Source of the DNA: Nanobdellota archaeon
GTDB taxonomy: Archaea; Nanobdellota; Nanobdellia; Pacearchaeales; GW2011-AR1
Direction: 5' to 3'
Length of the DNA stretch: 64,000 nucleotides
Assembly (NCBI GenBank): GCA_038045945.1
Contig: JBBSXC010000001.1
Location: 32,001-96,000 of the forward strand
The translations under genes and the position numbers were made by a program. Shown piece after piece: positions 1-9,923 of the stretch. Under the pieces are notes generated by a model, which made no database searches, was not told the DNA's origin, and saw only the letters and a program-made list of their open reading frames with translations. Each line of letters opens with the position of its first letter. The stretch's first letter is position 1.

Positions 1-1
1 G

Positions 2-61
2 CTTGCTCTTTTAGAAGAAAGGGAAAGAGAACATCAGGAAAGTTTGAGAAGAAAGCGCTGA
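2..61 (+). CDS. 3' end of a CDS entering from outside the window
   Basis: Open frame LALLEEREREHQESLRRKR* ending TGA 59-61. Confidence 0.5.
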   Translation, partial: LALLEEREREHQESLRRKR

Positions 62-64
62 TTA

Positions 65-382
65 CTAACCAAATTTATATCCGTACTTTTTTAAGTCTAC
101 TTTTCCTTTTGTTATTGTTATTCCTTCTTTTTTTAGCATTAATTCTTTTTTGTTTATTCCCCATGCGAATCCGTGTAGTTCTCCTTTACTATTTACTACT
201 CTGTGGCATGGTACGACTGGTGCGTGCGGATTTCTGTTTAGTGCTCCCCCCACTGCTCTGTATCCTTTTGTTCCTATAACTCTTGCTATTTCTCCATAAG
301 TTGTTACTTTTCCTCTTGGTACTTTTTTGCAATAATAATACACTTTTTCTGCTAATTTCATCATTATTATAATAAACCTCAA
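65..382 (-). CDS. ogt: Methylated-DNA-protein-cysteine methyltransferase (MGMT); true start probably ~361
   Basis: VPRGKVTTYGEIA, RAVG and active-site PCHRVV motifs. Confidence 0.9.
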   Translation of the reverse strand: MRFIIIMMKLAEKVYYYCKKVPRGKVTTYGEIARVIGTKGYRAVGGALNRNPHAPVVPCHRVVNSKGELHGFAWGINKKELMLKKEGITITKGKVDLKKYGYKFG

Positions 383-420
383 AGTTTAAAACTCTTCATT
401 TCTCTCATTATTTCATCAGT

Positions 421-503
421 GCCTACATCGCGTAATGGTATCGCATCGGATTGCTAATCCGAGCCTCGTAAGAGGCCTCCAGGTTCGATTCCTGGTGTAG
501 GCG
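421..503 (+). tRNA. tRNA-Ser(GCT)
   Basis: Acceptor GCCTACA/TGTAGGC, anticodon arm TCGGA-TTGCTAA-TCCGA, long variable arm, GGTTCGATTCC T-arm. Confidence 0.97.
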
Positions 504-576
504 TCTTATCCTTTTTTTGCCGTAATATTTTTTTACAGCTATTATTTATATATTCATTATTCGTTCTTTTCTTTGT

Positions 577-1257
577 ATGAAGAAGTTGATTGTTCCTAGT
601 AAGAAGGAGCCTTTTGTTGAGAAGTTTCATTTTTTTCTTTTGTGGTTTATTCGTGCTACTTTGTTATTTTCTGCTGGTAGGTCTTTTTTGTTAGGTAACT
701 GGTACGTTTTTGGTATGTCGCTCTTTGCTTTAATGTTGACTTTTATTGTAGTTTTAGTTGAGCAGCGCTATAAGATTGATATACCAGCAGAGTTCAAAAT
801 AGGAGTAGCATTCTTAATTTATGGTTCTATTTTTCTTGGTGAAGTTGTTAAGTATTATTCTACTTTTTGGTGGTGGGATCTTGCTCTTCACACACTAACT
901 GGTGTTCTTGTTGGGCTTATTGGTTTTCTTATTCTTTTGGTTCTTTATAGGAGGCGCAATGTTGTTGCAGCACCTGGTAGTATAGCTTTGTTTTCTTTTG
1001 CTTTAGCTGCTGCTGTTGGTGGGGTTTGGGAAATTTTTGAGTTCTTAATGGACCAGTTTTTCGGCCTTAATATGCAAAAGTCAGGCCTTGTTGATACTAT
1101 GGGTGATATAATTGTTAATGATTTGGGCGCTTTACTTACTTCTTTAATTGGTTATTTTTATCTTAAGGGCGGGCAGATATCTTTTGTTAAGAGGATTGTT
1201 AAGCGTTTTAAGAAGGAGAATCCTAAAATTGCTAAAAACATTGTTAGTAGTGCTTAG
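577..1257 (+). CDS. Multi-pass membrane protein (DUF2238-like)
   Basis: ~6 TM helices; WWDLALH, WEIFEF and DTMGD motifs. Confidence 0.7.
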   Translation: MKKLIVPSKKEPFVEKFHFFLLWFIRATLLFSAGRSFLLGNWYVFGMSLFALMLTFIVVLVEQRYKIDIPAEFKIGVAFLIYGSIFLGEVVKYYSTFWWWDLALHTLTGVLVGLIGFLILLVLYRRRNVVAAPGSIALFSFALAAAVGGVWEIFEFLMDQFFGLNMQKSGLVDTMGDIIVNDLGALLTSLIGYFYLKGGQISFVKRIVKRFKKENPKIAKNIVSSA

Positions 1258-1296
1258 CTAACAAACCTTTTTATACTAGTTTTTCTTACCTACATT

Positions 1297-1653
1297 ATGG
1301 TTGGTAAAGGAAAAGGTGCTGCAAGCGGTAATAAGTCTGATGATTCTAAAATTTTCGCTTTTTTATCTGTTCTTTTAAGCATTGTAGGATTCTTATTAGC
1401 TTATTTTGTTAAGAGGGATGACAAGTATGTAATGTTTTATGCTAAGCAAAGCCTAATAATATTTTTTGGTTGGATAATACTGTGGGTTGTTGGGATGGTT
1501 TTATGGATTGTGCCTATAGTTGGTTCAATGATACACTGGGTTTTGTACTTAGGACTAATAATTTTGTGGGTTATAGGACTAGTTTATTCTCTTAGTGGTG
1601 AGATGAAAGAGATACCAATAGTTGGTAAGTACGCTAATAAAATTAACTTATAA
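1297..1653 (+). CDS. DUF4870/Tic20-like membrane protein
   Basis: YVMFYAKQSL and IPIVGKYA motifs; paralog at 57715-58098. Confidence 0.75.
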   Translation: MVGKGKGAASGNKSDDSKIFAFLSVLLSIVGFLLAYFVKRDDKYVMFYAKQSLIIFFGWIILWVVGMVLWIVPIVGSMIHWVLYLGLIILWVIGLVYSLSGEMKEIPIVGKYANKINL

Positions 1654-1687
1654 AAAGATTTTTATAGTTGTTGATTATTACCTTATT

Positions 1688-1897
1688 ATGAAAGCTAAGT
1701 CTAGAAGTGTTGGAATAGTTTATAATGATTATAAGAATAAGTCTGGCGGTGCTGTTTACGGTTTGGGTTTTGTTGGAGCAGCTATTTATTATATAAGTCA
1801 AGCAGCAACTTTTTGGTCTGGGGTTTTAGGTTTGCTTAAAGCTGTTGTTTGGCCAGCTTTCCTTGTTTATGAGTCATTAAAGTTTTTGGGAGCATAA
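1688..1897 (+). CDS. Small membrane protein
   Basis: ATG 1688 after a TATA-like element; GAVYGLGFVGA...GLLKAVVWPA hydrophobic hairpin. Confidence 0.65.
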   Translation: MKAKSRSVGIVYNDYKNKSGGAVYGLGFVGAAIYYISQAATFWSGVLGLLKAVVWPAFLVYESLKFLGA

Positions 1898-1958
1898 TTA
1901 TCATTTTTTGTTTTTTTATTAATAAAGGTTTATAAATTCTTAATCATTATTTTGTTCT

Positions 1959-2414
1959 ATGGACCCAACAAGTAATTTTGAGACGTTTAATAATGATAAG
2001 AAAGAGCCTATTACTGTTCAAGTAGCGATTAATAAGGATTCTAAGACTGTTTGGGAATTTTGGAAGAGTCCTGAGCATGTTAAGAATTGGTGTCATGCTT
2101 CTCCTGACTGGTACGCACCTAAGGCTACTAATGACTTAAAGGTTGGTGGAAAATTTAGTACTACTATGGCTGCTAGGGATGGAAGTGCAAGTTTTGATTT
2201 TGAAGGAGTTTACAAAAAAATTACTCCTTTCCGATTCATAGAGTATGATATGAGTGATGGAAGAAAAGTCATAGTCGAGTTTTTACCTGTTAATAACACT
2301 ACTAGGGTAATCCAGACTTTTGATCCTGAAAGTGAAAATCCTGTTAAGATGCAGAAGGATGGTTGGCAAGCGATACTTAATAATTTTAAGAAGTATGTTG
2401 AGAAGAATAATTAG
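1959..2414 (+). CDS. SRPBCC/AHSA1-family protein
   Basis: VWEFW.SPEHVKNW, DLKVGG, QKDGWQAILNNFKKYVE. Confidence 0.85.
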   Translation: MDPTSNFETFNNDKKEPITVQVAINKDSKTVWEFWKSPEHVKNWCHASPDWYAPKATNDLKVGGKFSTTMAARDGSASFDFEGVYKKITPFRFIEYDMSDGRKVIVEFLPVNNTTRVIQTFDPESENPVKMQKDGWQAILNNFKKYVEKNN

Positions 2415-2419
2415 GACGT

Positions 2420-3112
2420 TTATTTCATTTCTATAATTAGTATTTTTGTGTCTTTTTCTATCTCTAAAATGATTTCTTTTGCACTTGTTATTTCTGCTGC
2501 GTCTCCTTCTTCTAAACTATTATTTTCTAATATCGTTTTTCCTTTTATTACGAATAAGTATGCGTTGTTATGAGTCATTTTGTGACTTAACTTTTTGCTT
2601 TTTTCGAATGTTCCTATTAAGAATTTTGCTTCTTGATTAATAAAGACTGCAGGTTTATCTTTTTTGTCACCAGAGACTATTGTTGTTAATTCTTCTTTTT
2701 TTGCCTTAATCGTTTTTTGTTCGTATGATGGTTTAGTGTTTATTGTTTTTGGTTTCATCCATATTTGTAATAAGTGTACTTTTTCTTTTTTTGATGCGTA
2801 TTCTGAGTGTTTTATTCCTGTTCCAGCGCTCATTCTTTGTACTTCACCTGGTGTTATTATTCCGCTGTTGTCTTGGTTGTCTTTATGTATTAGTTCTCCT
2901 TCTAAAACTATTGATACTACTTCTGCATTGTCATGATGATGTGTCGGGAATCCTTTTCCTGCTTCTATGATGTCTTCATTAAAAACTATTAGGTCTCGAA
3001 AGTGCATATTTGCAGGGTTGTAATAGTTGCCAAAACTGAACGAGTGTTTGCTATCCAGCCAGTCCGTTACGGTTTTCCCCCTTTCTGATGATTTTCTTAT
3101 ATTAATATTCAT
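2420..3112 (-). CDS. Pirin-family protein (YhhW-like)
   Basis: HSFSFGNYY, GFPTHHH, MSAGTGIKHSE, LQIW. Confidence 0.9.
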   Translation of the reverse strand: MNINIRKSSERGKTVTDWLDSKHSFSFGNYYNPANMHFRDLIVFNEDIIEAGKGFPTHHHDNAEVVSIVLEGELIHKDNQDNSGIITPGEVQRMSAGTGIKHSEYASKKEKVHLLQIWMKPKTINTKPSYEQKTIKAKKEELTTIVSGDKKDKPAVFINQEAKFLIGTFEKSKKLSHKMTHNNAYLFVIKGKTILENNSLEEGDAAEITSAKEIILEIEKDTKILIIEMK

Positions 3113-3124
3113 TATCTTATTAGT

Positions 3125-3472
3125 TTGTTAAGGTTTATTAAGCTCTTCATGATTATAATAATCGTGGTTTCTTCAATTAGTGGTGATGTGTTAGTTGTTG
3201 ATGGGCTTAACAGTGTTTTTTCTAGCGTTCAGAAAGAGGTTGATTCCGGACTGGTTTTATTAACTGCTGATGTTTCTCTGAGTTGGGTTTTTCATAAAAC
3301 TCGTATTAATCGTACCGTTGATGGAGTTTCTGAACCTCCGGTTATTCAGGTTTGCCCTAAAGAAGAAAGGATTATTGTTTATGACGAATTATTTTCTGAT
3401 TTGGCAGTAAACATTAAGGAGTGTTTTTTTAGTAATGGTTATAATTATGCTATTAGTAGGCAAAGTTTTTAA
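3125..3472 (+). CDS. Hypothetical protein (start uncertain)
   Basis: ORF fills the gap between pirin and alkD; no recognised motif. Confidence 0.4.
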   Translation: MLRFIKLFMIIIIVVSSISGDVLVVDGLNSVFSSVQKEVDSGLVLLTADVSLSWVFHKTRINRTVDGVSEPPVIQVCPKEERIIVYDELFSDLAVNIKECFFSNGYNYAISRQSF

Positions 3473-3495
3473 TTGCTCTAAACATTAAATTTTTT

Positions 3496-4200
3496 ATGTC
3501 TCATGTTAATCATCTTCTTTCTTATATGAAGAGTCTTTCTGATAATAAGAGAGCTGTTTCTTCTACGCGTTTTTTTAAAACTGGTAAGGGCGATTATGGT
3601 GAGGGTGATAAGTTTTTAGGTCTTACTGTTCCTCAGTGTAGAATAATTGTTAAGGATTATTCTTCTTCTACCTCATTAGATGACATTAGCGTTCTTCTAA
3701 AAAGCGATTTTCATGAGGTTCGCCTTGTTGCTTTGCTTATTCTTGTTGATAAGTACGAAAAGTCCACTCTTGAGGCTAAGCCTTTCATTGTTGATTTTTA
3801 TTTGTCTAATACTTCTAGGATTAATAATTGGGACCTTGTTGATTCTACTGCTCACAAAATTCTTGGTGATTACTTATTAGACAAGGATAGAAGTATTCTT
3901 TACAAGTTAGCTAAGTCTAATAATTTGTGGGAGAAGAGGATTTCTATAGTTTCTACTTACACTTTTATTAGGAATAACGATTTTTTTGACGCTTTAAGGA
4001 TTTCCCAGATTCTTTTTAGTGATAATCATGATTTGATTCATAAGGCAACTGGTTGGATGTTGAGGGAGGTTGGTAAGAAGGATGAGCAAGCGCTTATTAT
4101 TTTTCTTGATAAGCATTATAAGACCATGCCTAGGACTGCTCTTCGTTACTCTATTGAGAGATTATCAAAAAAACAAAAAGATCATTACATGAAAAAGTAA
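3496..4200 (+). CDS. AlkD-like DNA alkylation repair protein
   Basis: FFKTGKGDYGEGDKFLG, NNWDLVD, HKATGWMLREVGK. Confidence 0.9.
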   Translation: MSHVNHLLSYMKSLSDNKRAVSSTRFFKTGKGDYGEGDKFLGLTVPQCRIIVKDYSSSTSLDDISVLLKSDFHEVRLVALLILVDKYEKSTLEAKPFIVDFYLSNTSRINNWDLVDSTAHKILGDYLLDKDRSILYKLAKSNNLWEKRISIVSTYTFIRNNDFFDALRISQILFSDNHDLIHKATGWMLREVGKKDEQALIIFLDKHYKTMPRTALRYSIERLSKKQKDHYMKK

Positions 4201-4250
4201 TGTTGTTCTTTACAATAATGTTTAAAAACTAGAATAGTTATTTTCTTTTT

Positions 4251-4715
4251 ATGGGAATTGCGGAGATTGATGGTGATCTAAGTTTGGATGTTAATTTTAG
4301 CGGGGGTTTTACTGAGGAGGAGTTTTCTTCTTATCTTGATGAGTTGCATAAAAAAACAGGTTTCGAATTAAGAGCAACTATGAGTTATATTATTATTAGG
4401 GGCGATTCTTCGCCAAAACTTGCTGGTATGGAAAGAGTTGCTGATGGTTTGAGAAGGCAAACGGGTCAGAGGGTTAGGACTTTAGAGGTTATTTCGAGTG
4501 ATAGTAGAAGGACTTCTTTTGATGCCGTGGCTAATATTTTTGGAGAACCTTATGAGATGAGTGACGGTACTAACTCCAGGTGCAGGTATTACGGATTAAA
4601 CGTTATTATGAATGGACAGAATAGATCTTTACAAACTAATGCGGAAGTGGTTGAGGAGATTAGTTCTTTCACTAAGTCTTATAGACCAAGAGGTTTTTCT
4701 GGAAAAAGTTCCTGA
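4251..4715 (+). CDS. Hypothetical protein
   Basis: 154-aa ORF with upstream TTTAAA box. Confidence 0.6.
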   Translation: MGIAEIDGDLSLDVNFSGGFTEEEFSSYLDELHKKTGFELRATMSYIIIRGDSSPKLAGMERVADGLRRQTGQRVRTLEVISSDSRRTSFDAVANIFGEPYEMSDGTNSRCRYYGLNVIMNGQNRSLQTNAEVVEEISSFTKSYRPRGFSGKSS

Positions 4716-4766
4716 TTTTACTGGAGAATAACTAAATTTATAAACTGTTATTATTAATTCTTCTTT

Positions 4767-5147
4767 ATGGAAAAGGATGTTGGTAAGGTTAAGAAGAATG
4801 CTGATACTGATATTATTATAAGAGTTGATGATTTTGGAGGTAAACCAGGCGTTACTATTAGAGAATTTGTTAATGGCGGTTCTGGTAAGTATTCTGGTTT
4901 TACTAAGTCAGGCACTAGAATATCTTTAGAAGAATTTCCTAAGTTTAAGGATTTGATAAACAGTATTGATATTGAGAGTTTGGATTTTTCTGATTCTACT
5001 CCTAAGATGCCTGAGAGAAAACCTTTTGTTAAGGGCGGTAATTCTTCTTATGGTGCTTCTAAACCCTCTTTTTCTGCTACTAAGAAGGAAGAGAAGGAAG
5101 TTGAGGATGATGATGCTGGAAGTGCTGATGGTGAAGAATACTACTAA
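4767..5147 (+). CDS. PC4/p15-like ssDNA-binding protein with acidic tail
   Basis: IRVDDFGGKPGVTIREF...GFTKSGTRI pattern; DE-rich C-terminus. Confidence 0.7.
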   Translation: MEKDVGKVKKNADTDIIIRVDDFGGKPGVTIREFVNGGSGKYSGFTKSGTRISLEEFPKFKDLINSIDIESLDFSDSTPKMPERKPFVKGGNSSYGASKPSFSATKKEEKEVEDDDAGSADGEEYY

Positions 5148-5192
5148 TTTTTTCCTCTTAAGCTTTAAATACTTATTATCTTTAATCTTTTT

Positions 5193-5570
5193 ATGAAAGT
5201 TCGTGATATTATGAGGCCTGTTTTTACTATTGATTCTAAATCCTCTGTTGCTGATGCTGCGACACTTATGTCTAAGAATCATACTCACTCTGTGGTTGTT
5301 GTTAGTAATAACAAAATTGTTGGTATTCTAACTGAGGATGACGTTTTTGACAACCTTGATTCTTTAGATGAAAAAGTGGTTGATGTTATGATTAAGGAAG
5401 TTAAAACTATTAGTGATGGTGAAGAACTTTCTGAGGCTGCTGAGATTATGAATCGTGAAGGGGTTAAAAAATTGCCTGTTCTTAAGGGTGAAAAGCTTGT
5501 TGGTATGATTACAGCTACTGACTTAATTGCTCATGCTGGAGAATTGTCGGAAATATTCCTTTTTGATTAA
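5193..5570 (+). CDS. CBS-domain pair protein
   Basis: VRDIM, VGILTEDD, LVGMITATD repeats. Confidence 0.9.
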   Translation: MKVRDIMRPVFTIDSKSSVADAATLMSKNHTHSVVVVSNNKIVGILTEDDVFDNLDSLDEKVVDVMIKEVKTISDGEELSEAAEIMNREGVKKLPVLKGEKLVGMITATDLIAHAGELSEIFLFD

Positions 5571-6160
5571 TCTGCTAGTTCAGTTCTGTTTTTACCTTTG
5601 TCTTTTGCTTTGTATAATGCTTTGTCAGCTCTTTTCATTATTGAATTCACGTTTTCTTTACCGTTAAATTTTGCTATTCCTCCAGAAAATGTTACTTTAT
5701 ACTTTTTTAGGTCATGATTATTCCACATCCCGTTTCTTATCCTTTCAGATACCCTCATAGCTTTTTTTGTTGGTGTCTCAGGCATTAATAGTACGAATTC
5801 TTCCCCACCAAACCTTGCTAGCGTGTCCGATTTCCTTATGGTTTTTTGTAAGTGGTCTGCTAATTCGTAGAGTATTTTGTCACCTGTCATGTGCCCGTAA
5901 TCAGTATTTATTTTTTTGAAGTTGTCTAAGTCAATTATTAGTATTGTGAAGTCTTGTTCTTTTTTGTTAATTTTGTCTCTTAGGTATCTTTGCATTTCTA
6001 GTTCAAGAACGGACTTAAAAAATCTGAAGTTGTATAGTCCTGTTTTTTCGTCTCTTGTGGATAATTCGTATAAGAATTCTATGTCTTTTCCTATTTCTTT
6101 TAGGAATTTATCAACTTTTACTTTTATTTCCTTCTTCATTAAAGAAATTTTTTGTGCCAT
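5567..6160 (-). CDS. GGDEF-family diguanylate cyclase
   Basis: DEKTGLYN, DLDNFKKINTDYGH, RKSD-x5-GGEEF, ADKALYKAKDKGKN. Confidence 0.9.
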   Translation of the reverse strand: MAQKISLMKKEIKVKVDKFLKEIGKDIEFLYELSTRDEKTGLYNFRFFKSVLELEMQRYLRDKINKKEQDFTILIIDLDNFKKINTDYGHMTGDKILYELADHLQKTIRKSDTLARFGGEEFVLLMPETPTKKAMRVSERIRNGMWNNHDLKKYKVTFSGGIAKFNGKENVNSIMKRADKALYKAKDKGKNRTELAD

Positions 6161-6297
6161 TAAACATTCATCACCCTTAAGAGTTTCTAGCCCTTATTCT
6201 TTTAATAACTTAACGGTTTCATCATTTTTTTGGCGCTATAACTGAGAAGTTTTCTGCTATCTTAAAGCTTTTAAAAGAGGGCAGTTTTGTATAATTC

Positions 6298-6585
6298 ATG
6301 GTTTATATTAGTCCTTTAATTAAGACTTGCATAATTTTTTTGTTTATGGCTACTTCTCCTCTAGTTGGCGTTATTCTTTCCAGGGTTACTAAGGAGGAAT
6401 TGTTTATTGGGAGGAAATATTTTGTTGGCGTTCTTTGGACCCTTATAATATTAACTTTATTCTTTGTTGATTTGTGGTTTTTTGGTTTTCTCTCTGGTTT
6501 GAATGCTTTAGTTATTGTTCTTACTTGTGCTTACTTCTTTGTTATTGTTAGTATTTCTTTGTTTATGAGTTATAAGCGTTCATGA
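6298..6585 (+). CDS. Small membrane protein
   Basis: Three hydrophobic segments. Confidence 0.55.
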   Translation: MVYISPLIKTCIIFLFMATSPLVGVILSRVTKEELFIGRKYFVGVLWTLIILTLFFVDLWFFGFLSGLNALVIVLTCAYFFVIVSISLFMSYKRS

Positions 6586-6620
6586 TTAAGTTTTAATATT
6601 GTTGTTTCTTCTACTATTTT

Positions 6621-7547
6621 ATGATTAATTGTGATGTTTTGATTATTGGTGGCGGCCCTGCTGGACTAACTGCTGCTATTTATGCATCTCGTGCTAACCT
6701 TAATACTGTTCTCTTAGAGGGTTCTAAGGATATTGGTGGCCAGTTGGTTCTTACTACTGAGGTTGAGAACTTCCCAGGTTTTCCGCAAGGGATTCTTGGT
6801 CCAGAATTAATCTCTCGTATGAAGAAGCAGGCGGAAAAGTTTGGTGTTAAAGTTTTGAGTGAGGATGCCATTAATGTTAATTTTTCTTCTAGTCCTTTCC
6901 TCATTGATAGTAATAAGAACAAGTTTAAGGCTAAGTCTGTGATTGTTGCTACCGGTGCTAGAACTAAGTGGCTTGGAATTCCTTCTGAGAAGAAGCTTCT
7001 TGGTAGAGGCGTTTCTTCCTGTGCTACTTGTGATGGTGCTTTTTTTAAGAATAAGGATTTATTCGTTATTGGTGGCGGTGATTCTGCTTTGGAAGAAGCA
7101 TTATTTTTGACCAGGTTTGCCAGTTCCGTTACAGTTGTTCATCGTAGGGATAAGCTTAAGGCTTCTAAGATTATGCAGGGTCGCGCTATGAAGAATGATA
7201 AGATTAAGTTTGTTTGGAATAGCGAAGTTAAAGAAGTTCTTGGTGACTCTAAAGTTTCCGGTATAAGGGTTATTAATAAGGTTTTGAATAAGAGTTCTGA
7301 TCTTAAGGGAGATGGTGTTTTTGTTGCTATAGGACATGAGCCAAATACTGAATTATTTAAAGGTCAGCTTGTTCTTGACCAAAAAGGTTTTTTAGTTGTT
7401 AAGAATAACGTTTTTTCTGATAAGCCAGGAGTTTTTGTTTGTGGTGACGTTCAAGATCATCGTTACAAACAGGCCATTACTGCTGCGGCCTATGGTTGTA
7501 TGGCTGCTATAGAAGCAGAGAAGTACTTAGAGGATAAAGAAAAATAG
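6621..7547 (+). CDS. trxB: Thioredoxin reductase
   Basis: GGGPAG, CATCDG, GGGDSA, QAITAA. Confidence 0.96.
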   Translation: MINCDVLIIGGGPAGLTAAIYASRANLNTVLLEGSKDIGGQLVLTTEVENFPGFPQGILGPELISRMKKQAEKFGVKVLSEDAINVNFSSSPFLIDSNKNKFKAKSVIVATGARTKWLGIPSEKKLLGRGVSSCATCDGAFFKNKDLFVIGGGDSALEEALFLTRFASSVTVVHRRDKLKASKIMQGRAMKNDKIKFVWNSEVKEVLGDSKVSGIRVINKVLNKSSDLKGDGVFVAIGHEPNTELFKGQLVLDQKGFLVVKNNVFSDKPGVFVCGDVQDHRYKQAITAAAYGCMAAIEAEKYLEDKEK

Positions 7548-7622
7548 TTATTTTTTGTTTATAGCTTCAATTGTGGTAAGACCTATCGCTTTCTTTAAAT
7601 ACTTGTTTTATTTATAGTTTTT

Positions 7623-8213
7623 ATGGGTAAGTACATTATGGTTTCATTAGATGATGATAGTGGTAAGAGTCTTTCTGAGGTTCTTACTAATGATACTTGT
7701 AAGAAAATCATTAATTTTTTATCTGATCATGATGAGTCTACTGAGTCTGATATTGCTAAGAAACTTAATCTTCCTCTTAACACTGTTAATTATAATATGA
7801 GGAAACTTATTCATTCTAAACTTGTTGATGAAGCCCCTCACTTTTTTTGGAGTAAGAAAGGTAAGAAAATTAGGGTTTATCGTATTTCTAACAAGTCTAT
7901 TCTTATAACTCCTAAAGTTAAGAGTAAGATGAATAAGACTCTTACTTCTATAATTACTATTGCTTCAGCGGTTGTTGCTGGTAGTATTATCAGGCTTGTT
8001 TTCCATAAGCAGATTTCTCCACTTGAGAGTCAAATTTATGATAGTAGTGAGTTTGCTATTGCTACTACTCAAAAGATTATTGCTGATAGTTCCGCTGAGA
8101 ATATTAGTCATTTGTCTACGATTATTGCTTCTGTTCCTTCTTGGGGTTGGTTTGTTGGTGGTAGCGTTTTTGCTCTTATTATTATGCTCATACTAAACTG
8201 GAAGAAATTATGA
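7623..8213 (+). CDS. ArsR-like wHTH regulator with two C-terminal TM helices
   Basis: ESDIAKKLNLPLNTVNYNMRKL HTH, SKKGK wing, hydrophobic segments. Confidence 0.8.
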   Translation: MGKYIMVSLDDDSGKSLSEVLTNDTCKKIINFLSDHDESTESDIAKKLNLPLNTVNYNMRKLIHSKLVDEAPHFFWSKKGKKIRVYRISNKSILITPKVKSKMNKTLTSIITIASAVVAGSIIRLVFHKQISPLESQIYDSSEFAIATTQKIIADSSAENISHLSTIIASVPSWGWFVGGSVFALIIMLILNWKKL

Positions 8214-8722
8214 TAATGAAAAAATCATTTTTTGTAACTTTAATTATTATTGTAAGTTTTTTTATAGTTGCTGCTTTGGCAATATTTAGTTATAACAGGG
8301 CGAATATTGACCCTATTCTTTCTGAGAAGGGGTTTTTTGGTGAGTTAGTACCACAATCGCAATCAGGCGTTATCGGTCAAGAAGTTTTTTATAATCTTAC
8401 AATAACTGATTATCATAATTACGGTACTCACGAGTACAGATTATTATTTGATCATAATCCAAGCCTCAATGGAGAATTCTATTATGATCATCCTAAAGAC
8501 GGCTCTAATCAGTTAGCGGTAGTTTCAAGTCAGGCTATTAGTGTCTTCTTAAAATCTGGTAAAACAAGTACTACTAGACTAATTGTTACTTCTAAGAATC
8601 CTAATGTTAACATTGGGGATTACAAGTTTTCTATAAAGATTAATGAAGTTAACTCAATTAAATATCAAAATATTGATGGAAGTTTAGAATTACTTCCTGT
8701 GATAATAGCAGTTAATAATTAA
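8210..8722 (+). CDS. Membrane-anchored/secreted protein, possibly Ig-like
   Basis: N-terminal signal anchor; ATGA overlap with the upstream gene. Confidence 0.6.
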   Translation: MIMKKSFFVTLIIIVSFFIVAALAIFSYNRANIDPILSEKGFFGELVPQSQSGVIGQEVFYNLTITDYHNYGTHEYRLLFDHNPSLNGEFYYDHPKDGSNQLAVVSSQAISVFLKSGKTSTTRLIVTSKNPNVNIGDYKFSIKINEVNSIKYQNIDGSLELLPVIIAVNN

Positions 8723-8757
8723 TTGTAAGGAGGTAAAAAAATAATAATATAATAACC

Positions 8758-9522
8758 ATGGAAAAATCTATTAAGATTACTCTTATTATTGCTAGTACTG
8801 TTCTGATTTTGGGTTTGTTAGGATTCATAACTTTCAACGGATTCGTTGATGACTCTAATCCTTCAAACACTGTTACATCTCAGGGTTCATCTGTGATAAA
8901 GGTTGTTCCTGATGTAGTCACTGTTTATTTTAGTGTTCAAACTAGAGATAAAACAGCTGATTCTTCTCAGAAGAATAATTCAGAGATAGTTGATAAGCTT
9001 ACAAATAAGCTTATTCTTGCTGGTTTTAGTAAGGATGATTTAAAGACTCAAGGTTTTAGTGTTTATCCGGAATACGATTGGAGTAACGGCGATAATAAAA
9101 TCAAAGGTTACCTTACTAGTCATGATTTGAAGCTCGAAATTAGTGCTGAGAATTCTGATGACATTGGTAAAGCTATTGATGCTGCTACGGAGTCAGGCGT
9201 TCTTGTTAGCTCCATTAATTTTGAGTTAAGTAAAGAACTTGAGGAGAAGTATAAGACTGAGGCTTTACAAGAAGCTACTGCTAATGCTAGAGCTAAGGCT
9301 GATGCTATTGCTAAGGGTTTAGATAAGGAAGTTGCTAGGGTTGTTTCTGTTAGCACTTCTGACTTTAACTATTACCCTTGGAGAAGTTACAGTCTTGATT
9401 CAAGTATTGCTGAGGCTAGTTATGGAGAAAGCGCAGCTTTAGCTAAACAAGCAGCTGTTAGCATTAATCCAAGTGAGAGAGAAGTAACTGCTCAAGTAAC
9501 AGTAGTATTCAAGCTGAACTAA
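8758..9522 (+). CDS. SIMPL (DUF541) domain protein
   Basis: VVPD, SVYPEYDW, ARAKADAIA, VTAQVTVVF; GGAGG SD. Confidence 0.88.
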   Translation: MEKSIKITLIIASTVLILGLLGFITFNGFVDDSNPSNTVTSQGSSVIKVVPDVVTVYFSVQTRDKTADSSQKNNSEIVDKLTNKLILAGFSKDDLKTQGFSVYPEYDWSNGDNKIKGYLTSHDLKLEISAENSDDIGKAIDAATESGVLVSSINFELSKELEEKYKTEALQEATANARAKADAIAKGLDKEVARVVSVSTSDFNYYPWRSYSLDSSIAEASYGESAALAKQAAVSINPSEREVTAQVTVVFKLN

Positions 9523-9605
9523 AAAAAACTTTTTTTTGTTTTTCTTTAATTTTTAGTTTAGTTTTTTTGTAGCATAATTAATGTTATAAAGTGTAAAGGA
9601 TTGTT

Positions 9606-9923
9606 TTGTTGATGTCTATAGATGAAAGATTAAGAAGCTTGGAAGGAATGCGTTTAGAATCATTTGTAGTTAATGCTGATGGAAGCTCGCCAAAGATTCC
9701 TCACAAATTAGAATTTGATTTTTCAAACAAGGGTTATGTAATGGTTAATCCAAAAGATACTATTTTCAGAGATAATGAATTTGAACTTCTTATGAGCGGC
9801 CCGGATGAGGTAGAAATAAGCGGTGCTGGCCTTTATAAAAAAACTTATGATAGGGGAATAATCAATAAAGGAATAACAGCTTCTAGAAGAATTGTTTATA
9901 GAAGAATACCAGATGAGGACTAA
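9606..9923 (+). CDS. Hypothetical protein
   Basis: ORF only. Confidence 0.55.
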   Translation: MLMSIDERLRSLEGMRLESFVVNADGSSPKIPHKLEFDFSNKGYVMVNPKDTIFRDNEFELLMSGPDEVEISGAGLYKKTYDRGIINKGITASRRIVYRRIPDED

